Shown here piece by piece: positions 43,643 to 54,336 of a stretch of 64,000 nucleotides of DNA; the first letter of the stretch is position 1, and each line of letters starts with the position of its first letter. The notes under the pieces were generated by a model. The model saw nothing but the letters and a program-made list of their open reading frames with translations. It had not been told where the DNA came from and ran no database searches. Both the position numbers and the translations under genes were made by a program. Source of the DNA: a bacterium UBP11_UBA4055 (GTDB taxonomy: Bacteria; UBA4055); contig DFZN01000044.1 in assembly GCA_002382735.1 (NCBI GenBank), positions 93 to 64,092 of the forward strand, written 5' to 3'.

Positions 43643-46036
43643 TTATTTTATTTCGATTTTATAAGGTACCATCATAAGTACTTTTTCATCGGATGACAGC
43701 AGTTCGTATAAATCACTGCCGCGTAGTTTCTCGATAGTTTCAATGTCGAGCTTGTACACGAACTTCTGAAAAAGATTGTCCGTTATTGAAAATTCACTGT
43801 ATTTTGTAAATATTTTTACCTTATCACCATGCTTAAGATCTACATCCGCCTTCTGCGCCGCATATTTCAGGGCGTCGTTCAGATCACCTATCTCATCTAT
43901 AAGTCCAAGTTCAAGCGCATCCTCTCCTGCCCATACTCTGCCTTCAGCTATCATGTCAATTTCCTCAAAAGACTTCTTTCTTGCATCAGCGACTTTTTCC
44001 ACGAAACCTTTATAGAACCCGTCTATATGCATCTGCATAAAATCGTTTTCATCCTTATTCAGATCCTCATACCATGACTGTGCCGCGAATTTGTTCTTTC
44101 TGATCTTCTGGGTATTAATGCCGACTTTGCCGAGAAGCCCGTCAACAGAAGGAATGAGGCCGAATACACCTATTGATCCCGTCAAAGTAGTTTTATCCGC
44201 AAAGATCCTGTCGCCGTAGCAGGATATCCAGTATCCGCCGGAAGCCGCCATGCTCCCCATTGAAATAATAACAGGTTTTTTATCCTCTTCCTGTGCCAGC
44301 CTGAGCTCTGTCAGGATCAGGTCTGACGCAAGGCCGCTTCCGCCACCCGAATCGACCCTGAATACGATCGCTTTCACATTAGGGTCTTTTCTTGCCTTTC
44401 TGATGAGCTCTACCGTTGTGTCGCTTCCCATCCTATCGCCTGAGAGAAACCCTCCTCCGGAACTTTTGCCGGTCATTATTGAGCCTGTAGCATAGACTAT
44501 CGCGATTTTTCTGTCGAATACAGCTTTCCACTCTTCACTTTCTTCACTGAAGGCAAAATACTGTTTCGAATTTACAATTTTTGGTTTATTCTCAAATTCT
44601 TTTCTGACAGCTTTCTCAAGTTTGTTCTCTATTATCAGCTCGTCAACGAGTTTATTCTCGAGCGCGGACTTTCCTGTATAGAAAGGTATTGTGTTCATAA
44701 GCTTGTTCAACTCCTCTACGGACATATTCCTTCCTGAAGAGATCGAAGCTTTAAAATGATCGTCAAGTCTTGTGAGAAATTTATCCATCTGCTCAAGGTT
44801 CTCCTCGCTGGCCTGCTCCTGCGTAAAAGGCTCAACAGCGCTCTTGAACTTGCCGTGTCTTATCGCCTGCATTTTTACGCCCAGTTTGTCAAGAATTCCC
44901 TTGAAGAATATCAGTTCAGATCCAAGTCCCTGAAGTTCAAGATCTCCTTCAGGATACATATAGATCTTATCCGATACTGAAAGCAGATAATAGTTCGACT
45001 GTGAAGCTGAAACGAAATAAGAATATATCTTTTTGCCGGATGATTTAAAATCTTCTAGAGCGTTCCTCAGCTCTTCCCTGTTTGAAAAAGTCATTGAGTA
45101 ATTTTTACTCTTGATCAGTATCCCTGCGATTTTATTATCATCCTTCATCCTGTTTATCTTTTCAATAAGTTCCCTGGTGCTTTTTCGGCCGCCTCCGAAG
45201 GTTTTTGTAAGAAACCCTTGAGGGACATCTTCTTTATAATCGCCTTCCAGTTCGATCTCGATGATCTTTGAGTTCTTTCTTTTAAACAGAGAAGGCGGAT
45301 TTATATTACCCCCCGAAAAATAATTTATATATCTGTCAGAGTCCTCGTACCTGTAGCCTCTGCTTCCCAGGACAGCGTTGTTCAGCGAAACTGAAAGACC
45401 GAACTCGAAAACCGGGTCGAAATCATCGTTGTTCAACTGAGCTGTATAACCGCCGTTCAGATTTAGACCTTTTATTAACTCCGAGCTTATACCAACTGTA
45501 TAAATAAGATCTTCTATATCATTTTTTTCATAAGAAATGTCAGCCTCGATAGTGAGTTTATTGTCTCCAAAAGGTCTAACAGCTAAACCTGCATTCGTGG
45601 TAATAATATCGTCGTTCGACTGGTTCGCATTCTGAAAATTAATTCCCAATGAAAAATATCTAAGCGGTCTGACCGTCAGAGAAAGATCGAATTCAGGGTC
45701 AAGATCGTCTCCCGAATACCATCTAACTGAACAGCCGAGATAGTATCCGTCAATTACTTTCGAGCCTGATGCAACTGTATAATATTCCATTTCATCAGTT
45801 TTAAAATAAGAAAGTCCGAGCGACCCTAAGTTCATTCCGTAACCGTTTCCTTCTATTTCGTCTCCGTCCGTATCAACGAAATAAAATGCTTTCCCGGACG
45901 GTTCATATCCGAGCAACGAAGGATTCAGGAACATTTTAAGTCCCGAATTTTCCGATGCCATTCCTCTGAAACCCAGAGACTGGCTGAACATGAGCGAGAA
46001 TGAAATCAGAAATGATGTTATCAACAGCTTCTTCAT
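43643..46036 (-). CDS. sppA: Signal peptide peptidase SppA (67K type, two ClpP-like domains) with about 230-aa N-terminal Gly/Tyr/Asn-rich beta-rich extension
   Basis: Two S49 peptidase modules (GSIMTGKSSGGG... and ISMGSMAASGGYWIS with Ser/Lys dyad context). N-terminal signal peptide. Confidence 0.75.
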   Translation of the reverse strand: MKKLLITSFLISFSLMFSQSLGFRGMASENSGLKMFLNPSLLGYEPSGKAFYFVDTDGDEIEGNGYGMNLGSLGLSYFKTDEMEYYTVASGSKVIDGYYLGCSVRWYSGDDLDPEFDLSLTVRPLRYFSLGINFQNANQSNDDIITTNAGLAVRPFGDNKLTIEADISYEKNDIEDLIYTVGISSELIKGLNLNGGYTAQLNNDDFDPVFEFGLSVSLNNAVLGSRGYRYEDSDRYINYFSGGNINPPSLFKRKNSKIIEIELEGDYKEDVPQGFLTKTFGGGRKSTRELIEKINRMKDDNKIAGILIKSKNYSMTFSNREELRNALEDFKSSGKKIYSYFVSASQSNYYLLSVSDKIYMYPEGDLELQGLGSELIFFKGILDKLGVKMQAIRHGKFKSAVEPFTQEQASEENLEQMDKFLTRLDDHFKASISSGRNMSVEELNKLMNTIPFYTGKSALENKLVDELIIENKLEKAVRKEFENKPKIVNSKQYFAFSEESEEWKAVFDRKIAIVYATGSIMTGKSSGGGFLSGDRMGSDTTVELIRKARKDPNVKAIVFRVDSGGGSGLASDLILTELRLAQEEDKKPVIISMGSMAASGGYWISCYGDRIFADKTTLTGSIGVFGLIPSVDGLLGKVGINTQKIRKNKFAAQSWYEDLNKDENDFMQMHIDGFYKGFVEKVADARKKSFEEIDMIAEGRVWAGEDALELGLIDEIGDLNDALKYAAQKADVDLKHGDKVKIFTKYSEFSITDNLFQKFVYKLDIETIEKLRGSDLYELLSSDEKVLMMVPYKIEIK

Positions 46037-46894
46037 CTAAATATCTCCATTAGTAATTATTTTAACAGTTGAACGGTTCTCAAGGGAAATTGTTCGGTTA
46101 TTTCCCGCAATTTCATAAATATCCCCATCGAGTTCTATATCATGATTTTCAGGTAGATTAAACTTAAATCCATTTTTCTCCATAGTCTTGTATTCTTTTA
46201 TACCGGTGAAAGCTTTCAGAGTATCTGTCAGGCCTGTAAGAAGGTTTGCGCCTTCGATATAGAAAAATTTCATCCCTTTGTCAGAATTGTTTTCCTTTAA
46301 AAATTTGAACTTGGACATATATACCTTAGTGTTGATGAAAAATCCTGCGAATATTTCCAGTTTTCTACCTTCCAGTTCGATCCTGCAGGATTTATAAAAC
46401 GGCATCAGTCTCGCGCTGTCATAAAAGTACCCGGCGATAGAATTGGTCTTTCTTTTCTTAAGAACGAATGAACTGAAACCGATGCTGCAGTTGAAAAAAG
46501 CCTTTGAACCGTTAAGCAGCCCGTAACTTAAATACTCTGTTTTTCTGTTCTTTAACACTCTTAATGCACCGCAAAGAGACCTCGGCAGCTTAAGCGAGCC
46601 GACCATATTGTTCCCGGTCCCGAGAGGTATTACTCCCAGTATCGTCCGTTCCTGAAGAGAATTATCGTGAATGAACTGAAGGCAGGCATTAACCGTCCCG
46701 TCTCCGCCGGCGGCCGCTATCATATCGCCTGTCTTAATCTCGCGGGGATCGATATCTGCGGATACACAGCTTTCATAAATAACTGTCTCTCTCAGTGTAT
46801 AATCTGAAAATTCTTTCTGCGCTGCTCTTTCGAGTGAAGATATCCTTTTTGAGGAATACGCACCGGAATATTTATTATAAACTAAATACAGCAT
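46037..46894 (-). CDS. Diacylglycerol-kinase-family (YegS/DagK-like) lipid kinase
   Basis: AAGGDGTVNACLQ (GGDG ATP-binding motif), GTGNNMVGSL. Confidence 0.7.
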   Translation of the reverse strand: MLYLVYNKYSGAYSSKRISSLERAAQKEFSDYTLRETVIYESCVSADIDPREIKTGDMIAAAGGDGTVNACLQFIHDNSLQERTILGVIPLGTGNNMVGSLKLPRSLCGALRVLKNRKTEYLSYGLLNGSKAFFNCSIGFSSFVLKKRKTNSIAGYFYDSARLMPFYKSCRIELEGRKLEIFAGFFINTKVYMSKFKFLKENNSDKGMKFFYIEGANLLTGLTDTLKAFTGIKEYKTMEKNGFKFNLPENHDIELDGDIYEIAGNNRTISLENRSTVKIITNGDI

Positions 46895-46936
46895 AAGGTT
46901 GAAATATAAACATTATTTTGATTTTAAGAAATAAAA

Positions 46937-46962
46937 AAAGGGAAGTCGCCTTCCCTTTTCGA
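46937..46962 (-). terminator. Rho-independent terminator after the small Zn-ribbon gene
   Basis: GGGAAGgcgaCTTCCC hairpin followed by TTTTTTT on the minus strand (plus strand shows aaaaaaagggaagtcgccttccc). Confidence 0.5.
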
Positions 46963-46980
46963 ATCCTGAAGAAACAAGAT

Positions 46981-47144
46981 TATTTCTTTTTAGAAGCCAG
47001 GATCTTGTACATACCGGTTCCGCATTTCATGCAAGTACCTTTAAGAGCAGGCCTTCCGTTTTTCATTTTTACTTGTTTCGGAGCTTTGAACTCTCTTTTC
47101 TCTCTGCATTTTACGCAGTAACCCATTTCTTTTTTTTCTGCCAT
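46981..47144 (-). CDS. Small Zn-ribbon protein (54 aa, DUF5679-like: MAEKKEMGYCVKCREKREFKAPKQVKMKNGRPALKGTCMKCGTGMYKILASKKK)
   Basis: Manually translated, below the ORF-track cut-off. CxxC...CxxC, highly basic. Terminator immediately downstream. Confidence 0.45.
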
Positions 47145-47584
47145 TTTTTCTCTCCTTTTTTTGTTTTCCTTTTCTTTTCCTCACAACTTAGCCTTGATAC
47201 AAGCAATCTAAACACTGTCGTTTCGTTTGTCAAGTAAAAAATTCACTTTTTTTTTATGCTTATTTTATAGCTCAAAACAAAAAAAAAGTCAGGCATAACA
47301 CAATAATTTTCCGTGTTTTAGCTATAAAATACGCCTGTTTTGTCAAAATATCACGGAATAATTAATCACAAAAAATTCACAAATTTCTAGTAAAAAAATT
47401 TCGACCCTTATCTTTTGTTGATAACTTGTCGATAACTTTTTTGTCGCTCTTATTAAAAGATGCCTGAATAATTTTTCTTGAAAAAAAGGTACAGAACCAC
47501 TATATTTACCGTCCGCGTTCAGACAAAGAAAACCGAACATTTCCCGGCGATACGCGTAGAATAAAAATATTTGCCCGGAGCAAC

Positions 47585-48559
47585 ATGAAAAAGAAAATAC
47601 TTATAATCACTACTGGCGGTACAATATCTATGAAAGCAGGATCTGGCGGTGTCGTACCGTCACTTTCAGGCAACGATATAATGAACCTTATCCCTCAGAT
47701 AGATAATTATGCCGATCTTGAATTGCACGAATTCAGCAACATTCCAAGCCCGATGATGACACCGCAGAGAATGTTCGAGCTCTCCAAATTTGTCACATCG
47801 AATATTGATAATTATGACGGAGTAGTAATCACTCACGGCACTGATACGATCGAAGAAACTTCCTATATGCTCTTCTTGACACTTCAGACCAAAAAACCAG
47901 TAGTTTTCACTGCAGCTATGCGTTCGAACGAAGAGACAGGTCTTGACGGTCCGAGAAATCTGTTCAATGCTATAAGGGTGGCCTCGAGCGAAAAAAGCTT
48001 CGACAGAGGAGTAATGCTCGCAGTTAATGACGAAATATTCAGTGTCAGAGAGGTTTATAAATCTTCCACGAGCCAGATCAATGCTTTTGATGCGCCTCAC
48101 TATGGAGTTCTCGGTATGATCGATGTGGACGATATAATATACTACAGAAAGTCTGAATTCAGATATATGTTCAATGTAGATAAAATAGAACCTGATGTGG
48201 ATCTTATAAAACTATGCGCCGGAGTCAGCAGGAAATTCATTGACTACTCGGTTTCGTCAGGGGTCAAAGGTATAGTCATCGAAGCTTTCGGGCGCGGAAA
48301 TGTGAATCCCGAAATGAAGAACGGAATACTCGACGCCATCAGTAAGAACATTCCAGTGGTGATTACTTCCAGAGTGCCTAACGGAAGGGTACTGGGAATA
48401 TACGGATACGAAGGCGGTGCTAAACAGCTTGAAGATAACGGCGCGATCATGGGTTATGACCTCAACAGCGAAAAAGCCAGACTGAAGCTAATGGTTCTGC
48501 TCGGTATGGGAAAATCGACGGCCGAAATAAGACAGATATTCAAAGATGACAGGGGGTAA
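47585..48559 (+). CDS. ansA: L-asparaginase (type I)
   Basis: ILIITTGGTISMK N-terminal threonine motif, HGTDT, 324 aa. Confidence 0.85.
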   Translation: MKKKILIITTGGTISMKAGSGGVVPSLSGNDIMNLIPQIDNYADLELHEFSNIPSPMMTPQRMFELSKFVTSNIDNYDGVVITHGTDTIEETSYMLFLTLQTKKPVVFTAAMRSNEETGLDGPRNLFNAIRVASSEKSFDRGVMLAVNDEIFSVREVYKSSTSQINAFDAPHYGVLGMIDVDDIIYYRKSEFRYMFNVDKIEPDVDLIKLCAGVSRKFIDYSVSSGVKGIVIEAFGRGNVNPEMKNGILDAISKNIPVVITSRVPNGRVLGIYGYEGGAKQLEDNGAIMGYDLNSEKARLKLMVLLGMGKSTAEIRQIFKDDRG

Positions 48560-49005
48560 TGATCAGATCCGTTCTTAAAATACTACGCGGAAAAGTTCCG
48601 GTAACAATATCATTACTTCTGTACTGCACTGTTATAATCACTGTTTCTCACTTACCTCTCAATGATTCAGGATCAGGACTGATGATCCTTAACGACAAAG
48701 TCATGCACACTCTGGAGTATTTTATCTTAGGTATTTTATCATTCAGGTATTTTTACATCGCAAGAAATAAAAAAACAATTCCCTCATATTTTCTTACATT
48801 TGCATTCGGGACTTTATTTGCCCTGTCTGACGAGATCCATCAGGGTTTTGTAGGATATTTGGATTCAGGCTTATTCGGAAGTGTAAGAAACCCGGATATA
48901 TTCGATTTTATGGCAGATGTGTCAGGAATAGCCTTGTCTGTCGTTATCTTTTACCTTTACCGAAATTTTAATAAAGAATATAAATTAGAAACGGATGCAA
49001 AATGA
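48559..49005 (+). CDS. VanZ-family membrane protein
   Basis: 4 TM helices; conserved NDKVMHTLEYFILG (DKxxHxxxY VanZ motif). Confidence 0.55.
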   Translation: MIRSVLKILRGKVPVTISLLLYCTVIITVSHLPLNDSGSGLMILNDKVMHTLEYFILGILSFRYFYIARNKKTIPSYFLTFAFGTLFALSDEIHQGFVGYLDSGLFGSVRNPDIFDFMADVSGIALSVVIFYLYRNFNKEYKLETDAK

Positions 49006-51971
49006 CAGACGAAAGAAGATTTAAGCTAATTACAGGGTCGCTTGTTTTTATTATTTCCACAGTAGTATATATGTTGACGGTAGCCCCTACAACTCTGTTC
49101 TGGGATTGCGGAGAATTCATAACTACCTCTTATATACTTGGGATTCCTCATCCGCCCGGAGCACCTTTTTATCTTATGCTGGGCCGTTTATTCTCAATGA
49201 TACCGTTCGGGGATATTGGACTGAGGGTCAATCTTATATCCGTTTTCTCGAGTTCTTTCACAGTTCTGTTTCTGTACCTGATCTCTGTAAGACTTATACA
49301 GAACTGGAGAGGTAGATCTGAAGATTTTTACGACCACATAATAGTACATTTCAGCTCTGCCGTCGGAGCCCTGACTTTTGCCTTTACTTATACTTTCTGG
49401 TTCAATGCGGTCGAAGCAGAGGTTTATGCTCTAAGCATGTTCTTCACTTCAATAATTCTATGGCTGACACTCGTCTGGACCGAAAAGCACGAACATCCTG
49501 ACTCTTCAAAATACCTTCTACTTATCATGCTTCTTGTCGGTCTGGGTACGGGAGTACACCTTCTAAATATCCTGACCCTCCCCGTAAGTATATTTATAAT
49601 GTGGAATTATAATAAAAGAACGGCGATCATAGCTGGATCAGGGGTGATTATTTCGATAATGGTGCTTTTTGCCTTTCCGCTTGAATGGAAAATTTACTCT
49701 TTGTTTATATTCCTGGCTCTTACAATTTATTTCAATAATCTCAAAGACAAAGAAGACATATCACTTGCTTTCATCATGCCTCTTCTTCTGATCCTGGGAT
49801 ACTCAACATACATTATGATATATATAAGAGCGGGGCTTAACCCGCCGATAAATGAGAACGATCCTTCGAACTGGACAAGGATGCTCTCATACCTGAACAG
49901 AGAGCAGTACGGAGATGAAGAACAGCTGAAGAATGCGGTCACGATGTTCTTCGGGCAGCCGAACAGAAAATACCTTGAATCACTTGAAAAAATAGGTGTA
50001 GCTGCAGGTTCTCCGTCCGATCCGTGGGGCGGACACTGGTCGTTTTTCTGGAAATACCAGATCGTCGAAATGTATATCAGGTACTTCAACTGGCAGTTCG
50101 TAGGTGTAGCAGCAGATAAATTCAGCAACACAGTTACACTTAAGGGACTATATGCGATACCTTTCCTTGCCGGACTATGGGGATCTATTCATCACTTCTT
50201 CAAGGACTGGAAAAAAGCCCTTGCCCTGTTATTTCTTTTTGTCATAATGAGCATCGGGCTTGTCATATATCAGAATCAGGATTACATGCAGCCCAGGGAG
50301 AGAGATTATTTTTATGTCGGTTCTTTCTTCATTTTCGCCATCTGGATCGGAATGGGGCTTGTCTCGATACTTGAATCGCTGAAAGAGAAAAACCTTTCGA
50401 AACTTATAATACCCGTTGCGATACTAGGTCTTATCGTTCCCGCTTTAGAATTGAATGCCAATTATTTTCTCTCGAACAGATCCGGGAATTATGTCGCCTG
50501 GGATTACTCTAAGAATATACTTGAAAGCTGCGATGAAAACGGAATTCTTTTTACCAACGGCGATAACGACACATTCCCTGTCTGGTATCTGCAGGAAGTT
50601 GAAGGAATCAGGACAGATGTTCAGGTAGTCAATCTTTCTCTTTTGAACACCGGATGGTATATCAGACAGCTCAAGCAGAAAATGCCTGAGTATGTAAAGT
50701 ACAATGAAAAGCAGATCGATGAATATTTTGACCAGCATCTCATGACATCTGACGGATTCATGCGCAGATACTGGCCCGAAAAAAAGAAACTTCAGTTACC
50801 TTCGGTCAGCGGGAGCAGTATAGTCGAATGGGAGTTGGGTCCTACGATGCAGGTAGATATCGGCGGATCGAAAGAAGGTTTTATCAAGATACAGGACCAG
50901 ATGGTTCTCGAGATCATTGCATACAATGCACAGATGAACTGGAAAAGACCGGTGTATTTTGCCGTTACTGTCGGAAGCTCGAACTTTATCGGTCTGGATG
51001 AGTGGATGAGAATGGACGGTCTCTGTTTCAGGGTGGTCGATTATAAAGCTGACAAAGGCATCGACCCTGAAGTAGTTTATGAAAGGGTGCTGGGAAGGTA
51101 TCTGACCGCTTACAGAAATCTTAATGACTCAGGCATTTACTACGATGATAATATAATGAGGCTGCTTCAGAATTACAGAAGTGCTTTCATGCAGCTGGCA
51201 ATATACTTCGACGATAATGAGAAAGAAGATACGAGGCCGGTAAGCGCAGACCTTGATCTGAAAAAGAATTATTCATACAATGAATTTAAAGATTTTTCAC
51301 TTAATGACAAAAAAAGATACCTCCTCTATAAGATGGAGGAGATAATGCCGTTTAAAGTGATCCCTTATTCAAACGAGATGGTCGTAGCTGAGATTGCAGG
51401 GATGTACTCCGACACGGGAGATGAAAAAACCGGATTGAAACTTATAAACAGCATCGATCTCAGTTCAATGACCTACAAAAAGCAGACAAGGTTTTTAATG
51501 TATCTGATCTCAAGGGGATACGGAAAATCGGCGTCAGGGTTACTTGAGAAAGTTATTGCGAACATAGGAAAACTTTCAGACAGCAAAAGCAAGTTCGAAC
51601 GCTATTTTGAGATCTACGCCGGATTAGCAAAACTTGAAGAGAAAGAATTGCTGAGTTCGGTTTCTGCCTCGGCACTTGATAAGATCGATAAAATTAAAGA
51701 CAACCAGCTCCAGAATTCACTTTTCAAAGAGTTCGCCGTTCTGGCTTATCAGGGGGGTGATTCGGAATTCGCCGCACAGGTAATGAACAGTTTTATTGAA
51801 AAATATCCGAACGATAAGGAAGGGATAGACCTTCTTTACCAGATTTACTACCTTTCAGGTAATTATCTAAAAGCGCTTGAAACGGCAGACAGATATTTGG
51901 AATTAAATCCTGACGATAAGGATTATATTCAGCAGAAAGCCGAACTTGAAAAACTGCTTAACAGGAACTGA
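49002..51971 (+). CDS. DUF2723 (TMEM260/PMT-like GT-C fold) membrane protein with C-terminal TPR region
   Basis: LTVAPTTLFWDCGEFITTSYILGIPHPPGAPFYLMLGRLF is the hallmark DUF2723 N-terminal motif. About 12 TM helices; C-terminal helical repeats. Confidence 0.75.
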   Translation: MTDERRFKLITGSLVFIISTVVYMLTVAPTTLFWDCGEFITTSYILGIPHPPGAPFYLMLGRLFSMIPFGDIGLRVNLISVFSSSFTVLFLYLISVRLIQNWRGRSEDFYDHIIVHFSSAVGALTFAFTYTFWFNAVEAEVYALSMFFTSIILWLTLVWTEKHEHPDSSKYLLLIMLLVGLGTGVHLLNILTLPVSIFIMWNYNKRTAIIAGSGVIISIMVLFAFPLEWKIYSLFIFLALTIYFNNLKDKEDISLAFIMPLLLILGYSTYIMIYIRAGLNPPINENDPSNWTRMLSYLNREQYGDEEQLKNAVTMFFGQPNRKYLESLEKIGVAAGSPSDPWGGHWSFFWKYQIVEMYIRYFNWQFVGVAADKFSNTVTLKGLYAIPFLAGLWGSIHHFFKDWKKALALLFLFVIMSIGLVIYQNQDYMQPRERDYFYVGSFFIFAIWIGMGLVSILESLKEKNLSKLIIPVAILGLIVPALELNANYFLSNRSGNYVAWDYSKNILESCDENGILFTNGDNDTFPVWYLQEVEGIRTDVQVVNLSLLNTGWYIRQLKQKMPEYVKYNEKQIDEYFDQHLMTSDGFMRRYWPEKKKLQLPSVSGSSIVEWELGPTMQVDIGGSKEGFIKIQDQMVLEIIAYNAQMNWKRPVYFAVTVGSSNFIGLDEWMRMDGLCFRVVDYKADKGIDPEVVYERVLGRYLTAYRNLNDSGIYYDDNIMRLLQNYRSAFMQLAIYFDDNEKEDTRPVSADLDLKKNYSYNEFKDFSLNDKKRYLLYKMEEIMPFKVIPYSNEMVVAEIAGMYSDTGDEKTGLKLINSIDLSSMTYKKQTRFLMYLISRGYGKSASGLLEKVIANIGKLSDSKSKFERYFEIYAGLAKLEEKELLSSVSASALDKIDKIKDNQLQNSLFKEFAVLAYQGGDSEFAAQVMNSFIEKYPNDKEGIDLLYQIYYLSGNYLKALETADRYLELNPDDKDYIQQKAELEKLLNRN

Positions 51972-52924
51972 TGAGAAAGAATATTTCCAAATACCTGAGG
52001 ATCGCTGTATCGTTCGTTCTCCTAATCTACCTGTTCTATTATCTTGTGGATTTTAAAAGCCTGACCGAGATCATTAAAGGATCCAGTCCTAAGTATCTTT
52101 TCATTGCAGTAATTTTCTTTCTCCTGTCGGTATTCGCGGCGGCTTTCAGATGGCAGTATGTAGTATCGCTAAAAAACAGAAAATTAACTTTTAAGACATC
52201 ACTTAGAGAATATTTTATAGGTATGTTCTTCAATAACTTCCTTCCCGGTTCAGTAGGAGGTGATGTGGCAAGAGTGATAGGCGCTGCGGAAGAAATAGGA
52301 TCAAAAGAAATATCGGTTTCGTCAGTAATTGTTGAAAGGCTGATCGGACTGATATCGCTTGTGGCCATAGGATTGACCGGGTTAATATTTCTGAATATCG
52401 ATTCTGGCTCTGATTACACCGGTATAAGCATACTAATTCTTGCCACTCTTTCCGTAATACTTTTCGTGCTCATAAACAGGTCTCTTAACAATATTCTCTG
52501 CGAGATCATCGAAGCATACATCCCTGAAAAATTTTCTTCAAATATAGTTTTATATCTCAAGGATTTTTCAGGTTATTCGGAATCACCCTTCAGGCTGTTC
52601 ATAGTTTTTCTGATATCCTTCGCCTTCAAGATCTTCGACGGATTCTTTCTTTATTTTATATTCAAAAGCCTCTCAATAGGTTTAACTTACCCTCACGCTA
52701 TCGCAATGTTCTCTATAATAAATGTTATTAAAATGATACCTATCTCTCTGAACGGTATAGGACTGAGCGCGATATCATGGGTGATCATTCTGAAAAGCTT
52801 CAGCATAGATGAAAATCTTTCAGCTTCCGTCGATTTCCTCACAATAACCATCTCACTGCTCGTCAGCGGCATAGGCGGATTGTTATATTTCGCGAAGAAC
52901 GCCAAAAACAAGAAATCTTTCTAA
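51971..52924 (+). CDS. UPF0104 / lysylphosphatidylglycerol-synthase-TM-like flippase-domain membrane protein
   Basis: RWQYVVSLKNRKLTFKTSLREYFIGMFFNNFLPGSVGGDVARV matches the UPF0104 family core. 8 TM. Confidence 0.65.
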   Translation: MRKNISKYLRIAVSFVLLIYLFYYLVDFKSLTEIIKGSSPKYLFIAVIFFLLSVFAAAFRWQYVVSLKNRKLTFKTSLREYFIGMFFNNFLPGSVGGDVARVIGAAEEIGSKEISVSSVIVERLIGLISLVAIGLTGLIFLNIDSGSDYTGISILILATLSVILFVLINRSLNNILCEIIEAYIPEKFSSNIVLYLKDFSGYSESPFRLFIVFLISFAFKIFDGFFLYFIFKSLSIGLTYPHAIAMFSIINVIKMIPISLNGIGLSAISWVIILKSFSIDENLSASVDFLTITISLLVSGIGGLLYFAKNAKNKKSF

Positions 52925-54336
52925 TCTATCTGTACTCCGGAAAGCATATTTTTATTCTGAAGGGCGTGGATGAGCTCATTTCTGTCAATAGCCTTGGATA
53001 AAGCTTCTTCTACAGTTATCACCTCTTTTTTGATCAATTCTATAAATGATTCGTTCAACAATCTCTGTCCCTGAGATTTACCGACCTCCATTATTGAAGG
53101 TATCTGGAAATTTTTGCTTTCCCTTATCAGGTTCGATACAGCTGAAGTAACTATCAGTGTTTCATACACAGCAACCCTGCCGCCTTCATGTTTTTTACAA
53201 AGCATCTGCGAGAGTACGCCTACAAGAGAATCTGCGAGCATGGCCCTTATCTGGTTCTGCTGGTTTGAAGGATACTGATCGATAATCCTGTCAACAGTAC
53301 CCACCGCAGTATTCGTGTGGAGCGTACCGAAGACAAGATGTCCTGTTTCCGCCATTTCTATAGCTATAGATATAGTTTCAAGGTCTCGCATCTCTCCAAC
53401 CAGGATCACATCAGGATCTTCCCTCAATGCAGCTCTCAGAGCTCTTTTAAATGACTGGGTATGCAGACCAACCTCTCTCTGATTAACCAGACAAGCTTTG
53501 TTCTGGTGAACGAACTCGACCGGATCCTCGATAGTTATAATATGTTTTTTTGTAGTCCTGTTCACATAGTCCACAAGAGAGGCAAGAGTGGTTGATTTTC
53601 CCGAGCCCGTCGGTCCTGTTACCAGGATCAGTCCTTTTGGAAGTGAGCAGAGCTCAATAATGTGCTTTGGTATGCCTAAGACTTCAGGCGGCAGGATCTT
53701 GAAAGGGATCTGTCTGAATACTCCCCCGATGCCTCTGTGGTCTCTGAATATGTTCGATCTGAAACGGCAGAGGCCTTCTATTTCATAGGCGTAATCAGTG
53801 TCATTTGTGGCTTTGAATTCTTCAATGTTCTTTTGAGGAGTAATATAATTGATTATCGGCCACATGTCGTCTTCTGTCAGTACAGGAAAATCTTCAAGTT
53901 CTACCATCTCTCCGTCAAGCCTCAGCATCGGTCTCGCTCCGCTACTTATGTGAAGGTCGGATGCGCCGTTCTCAATCATGTACCTGAGCATATCATCAAT
54001 AACAACATTTCCGCCTGACTGCTCCGTTTGTGTTCTTGAGGCACCGGCCACTTCATTCTTATTGGACGATCCGGGTACATATATCTCAAAAACTATCGAA
54101 CTTTCCGACCTCGCGACTTTGATCGATTTTCCGCCGAATTTGAAATTTCCGGCTTTACCGAAAAAGTCATCGCACTCATTATTCATGGTTTTCAGTTCGC
54201 CCGGACCGAATACTGTCTGCGAGAATACTTTATTTTGCCCGCCGATCACCATATAAGGCAGCTCTCCGGATTTGATCACAGTGCTGTCAGCCCCTTTGGA
54301 GACCATCATGTTAAGTATTTTCTCTATATTGCTCAT
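52921..54336 (-). CDS. pilT: PilT/GspE-family type IV pilus retraction ATPase with about 110-aa N-terminal extension
   Basis: Walker A GPTGSGKST, Asp box, His box of PilT. Tetracysteine-free. 471 aa. Confidence 0.75.
   Translation of the reverse strand: MSNIEKILNMMVSKGADSTVIKSGELPYMVIGGQNKVFSQTVFGPGELKTMNNECDDFFGKAGNFKFGGKSIKVARSESSIVFEIYVPGSSNKNEVAGASRTQTEQSGGNVVIDDMLRYMIENGASDLHISSGARPMLRLDGEMVELEDFPVLTEDDMWPIINYITPQKNIEEFKATNDTDYAYEIEGLCRFRSNIFRDHRGIGGVFRQIPFKILPPEVLGIPKHIIELCSLPKGLILVTGPTGSGKSTTLASLVDYVNRTTKKHIITIEDPVEFVHQNKACLVNQREVGLHTQSFKRALRAALREDPDVILVGEMRDLETISIAIEMAETGHLVFGTLHTNTAVGTVDRIIDQYPSNQQNQIRAMLADSLVGVLSQMLCKKHEGGRVAVYETLIVTSAVSNLIRESKNFQIPSIMEVGKSQGQRLLNESFIELIKKEVITVEEALSKAIDRNELIHALQNKNMLSGVQID

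Noticed and set aside
47150-47584. tRNA or other structured RNA gene in the long intergenic region
   Set aside because: No cloverleaf-compatible arms or conserved T-loop (GTTCRANYC). The region is simply AT-rich with promoter-like tracts.
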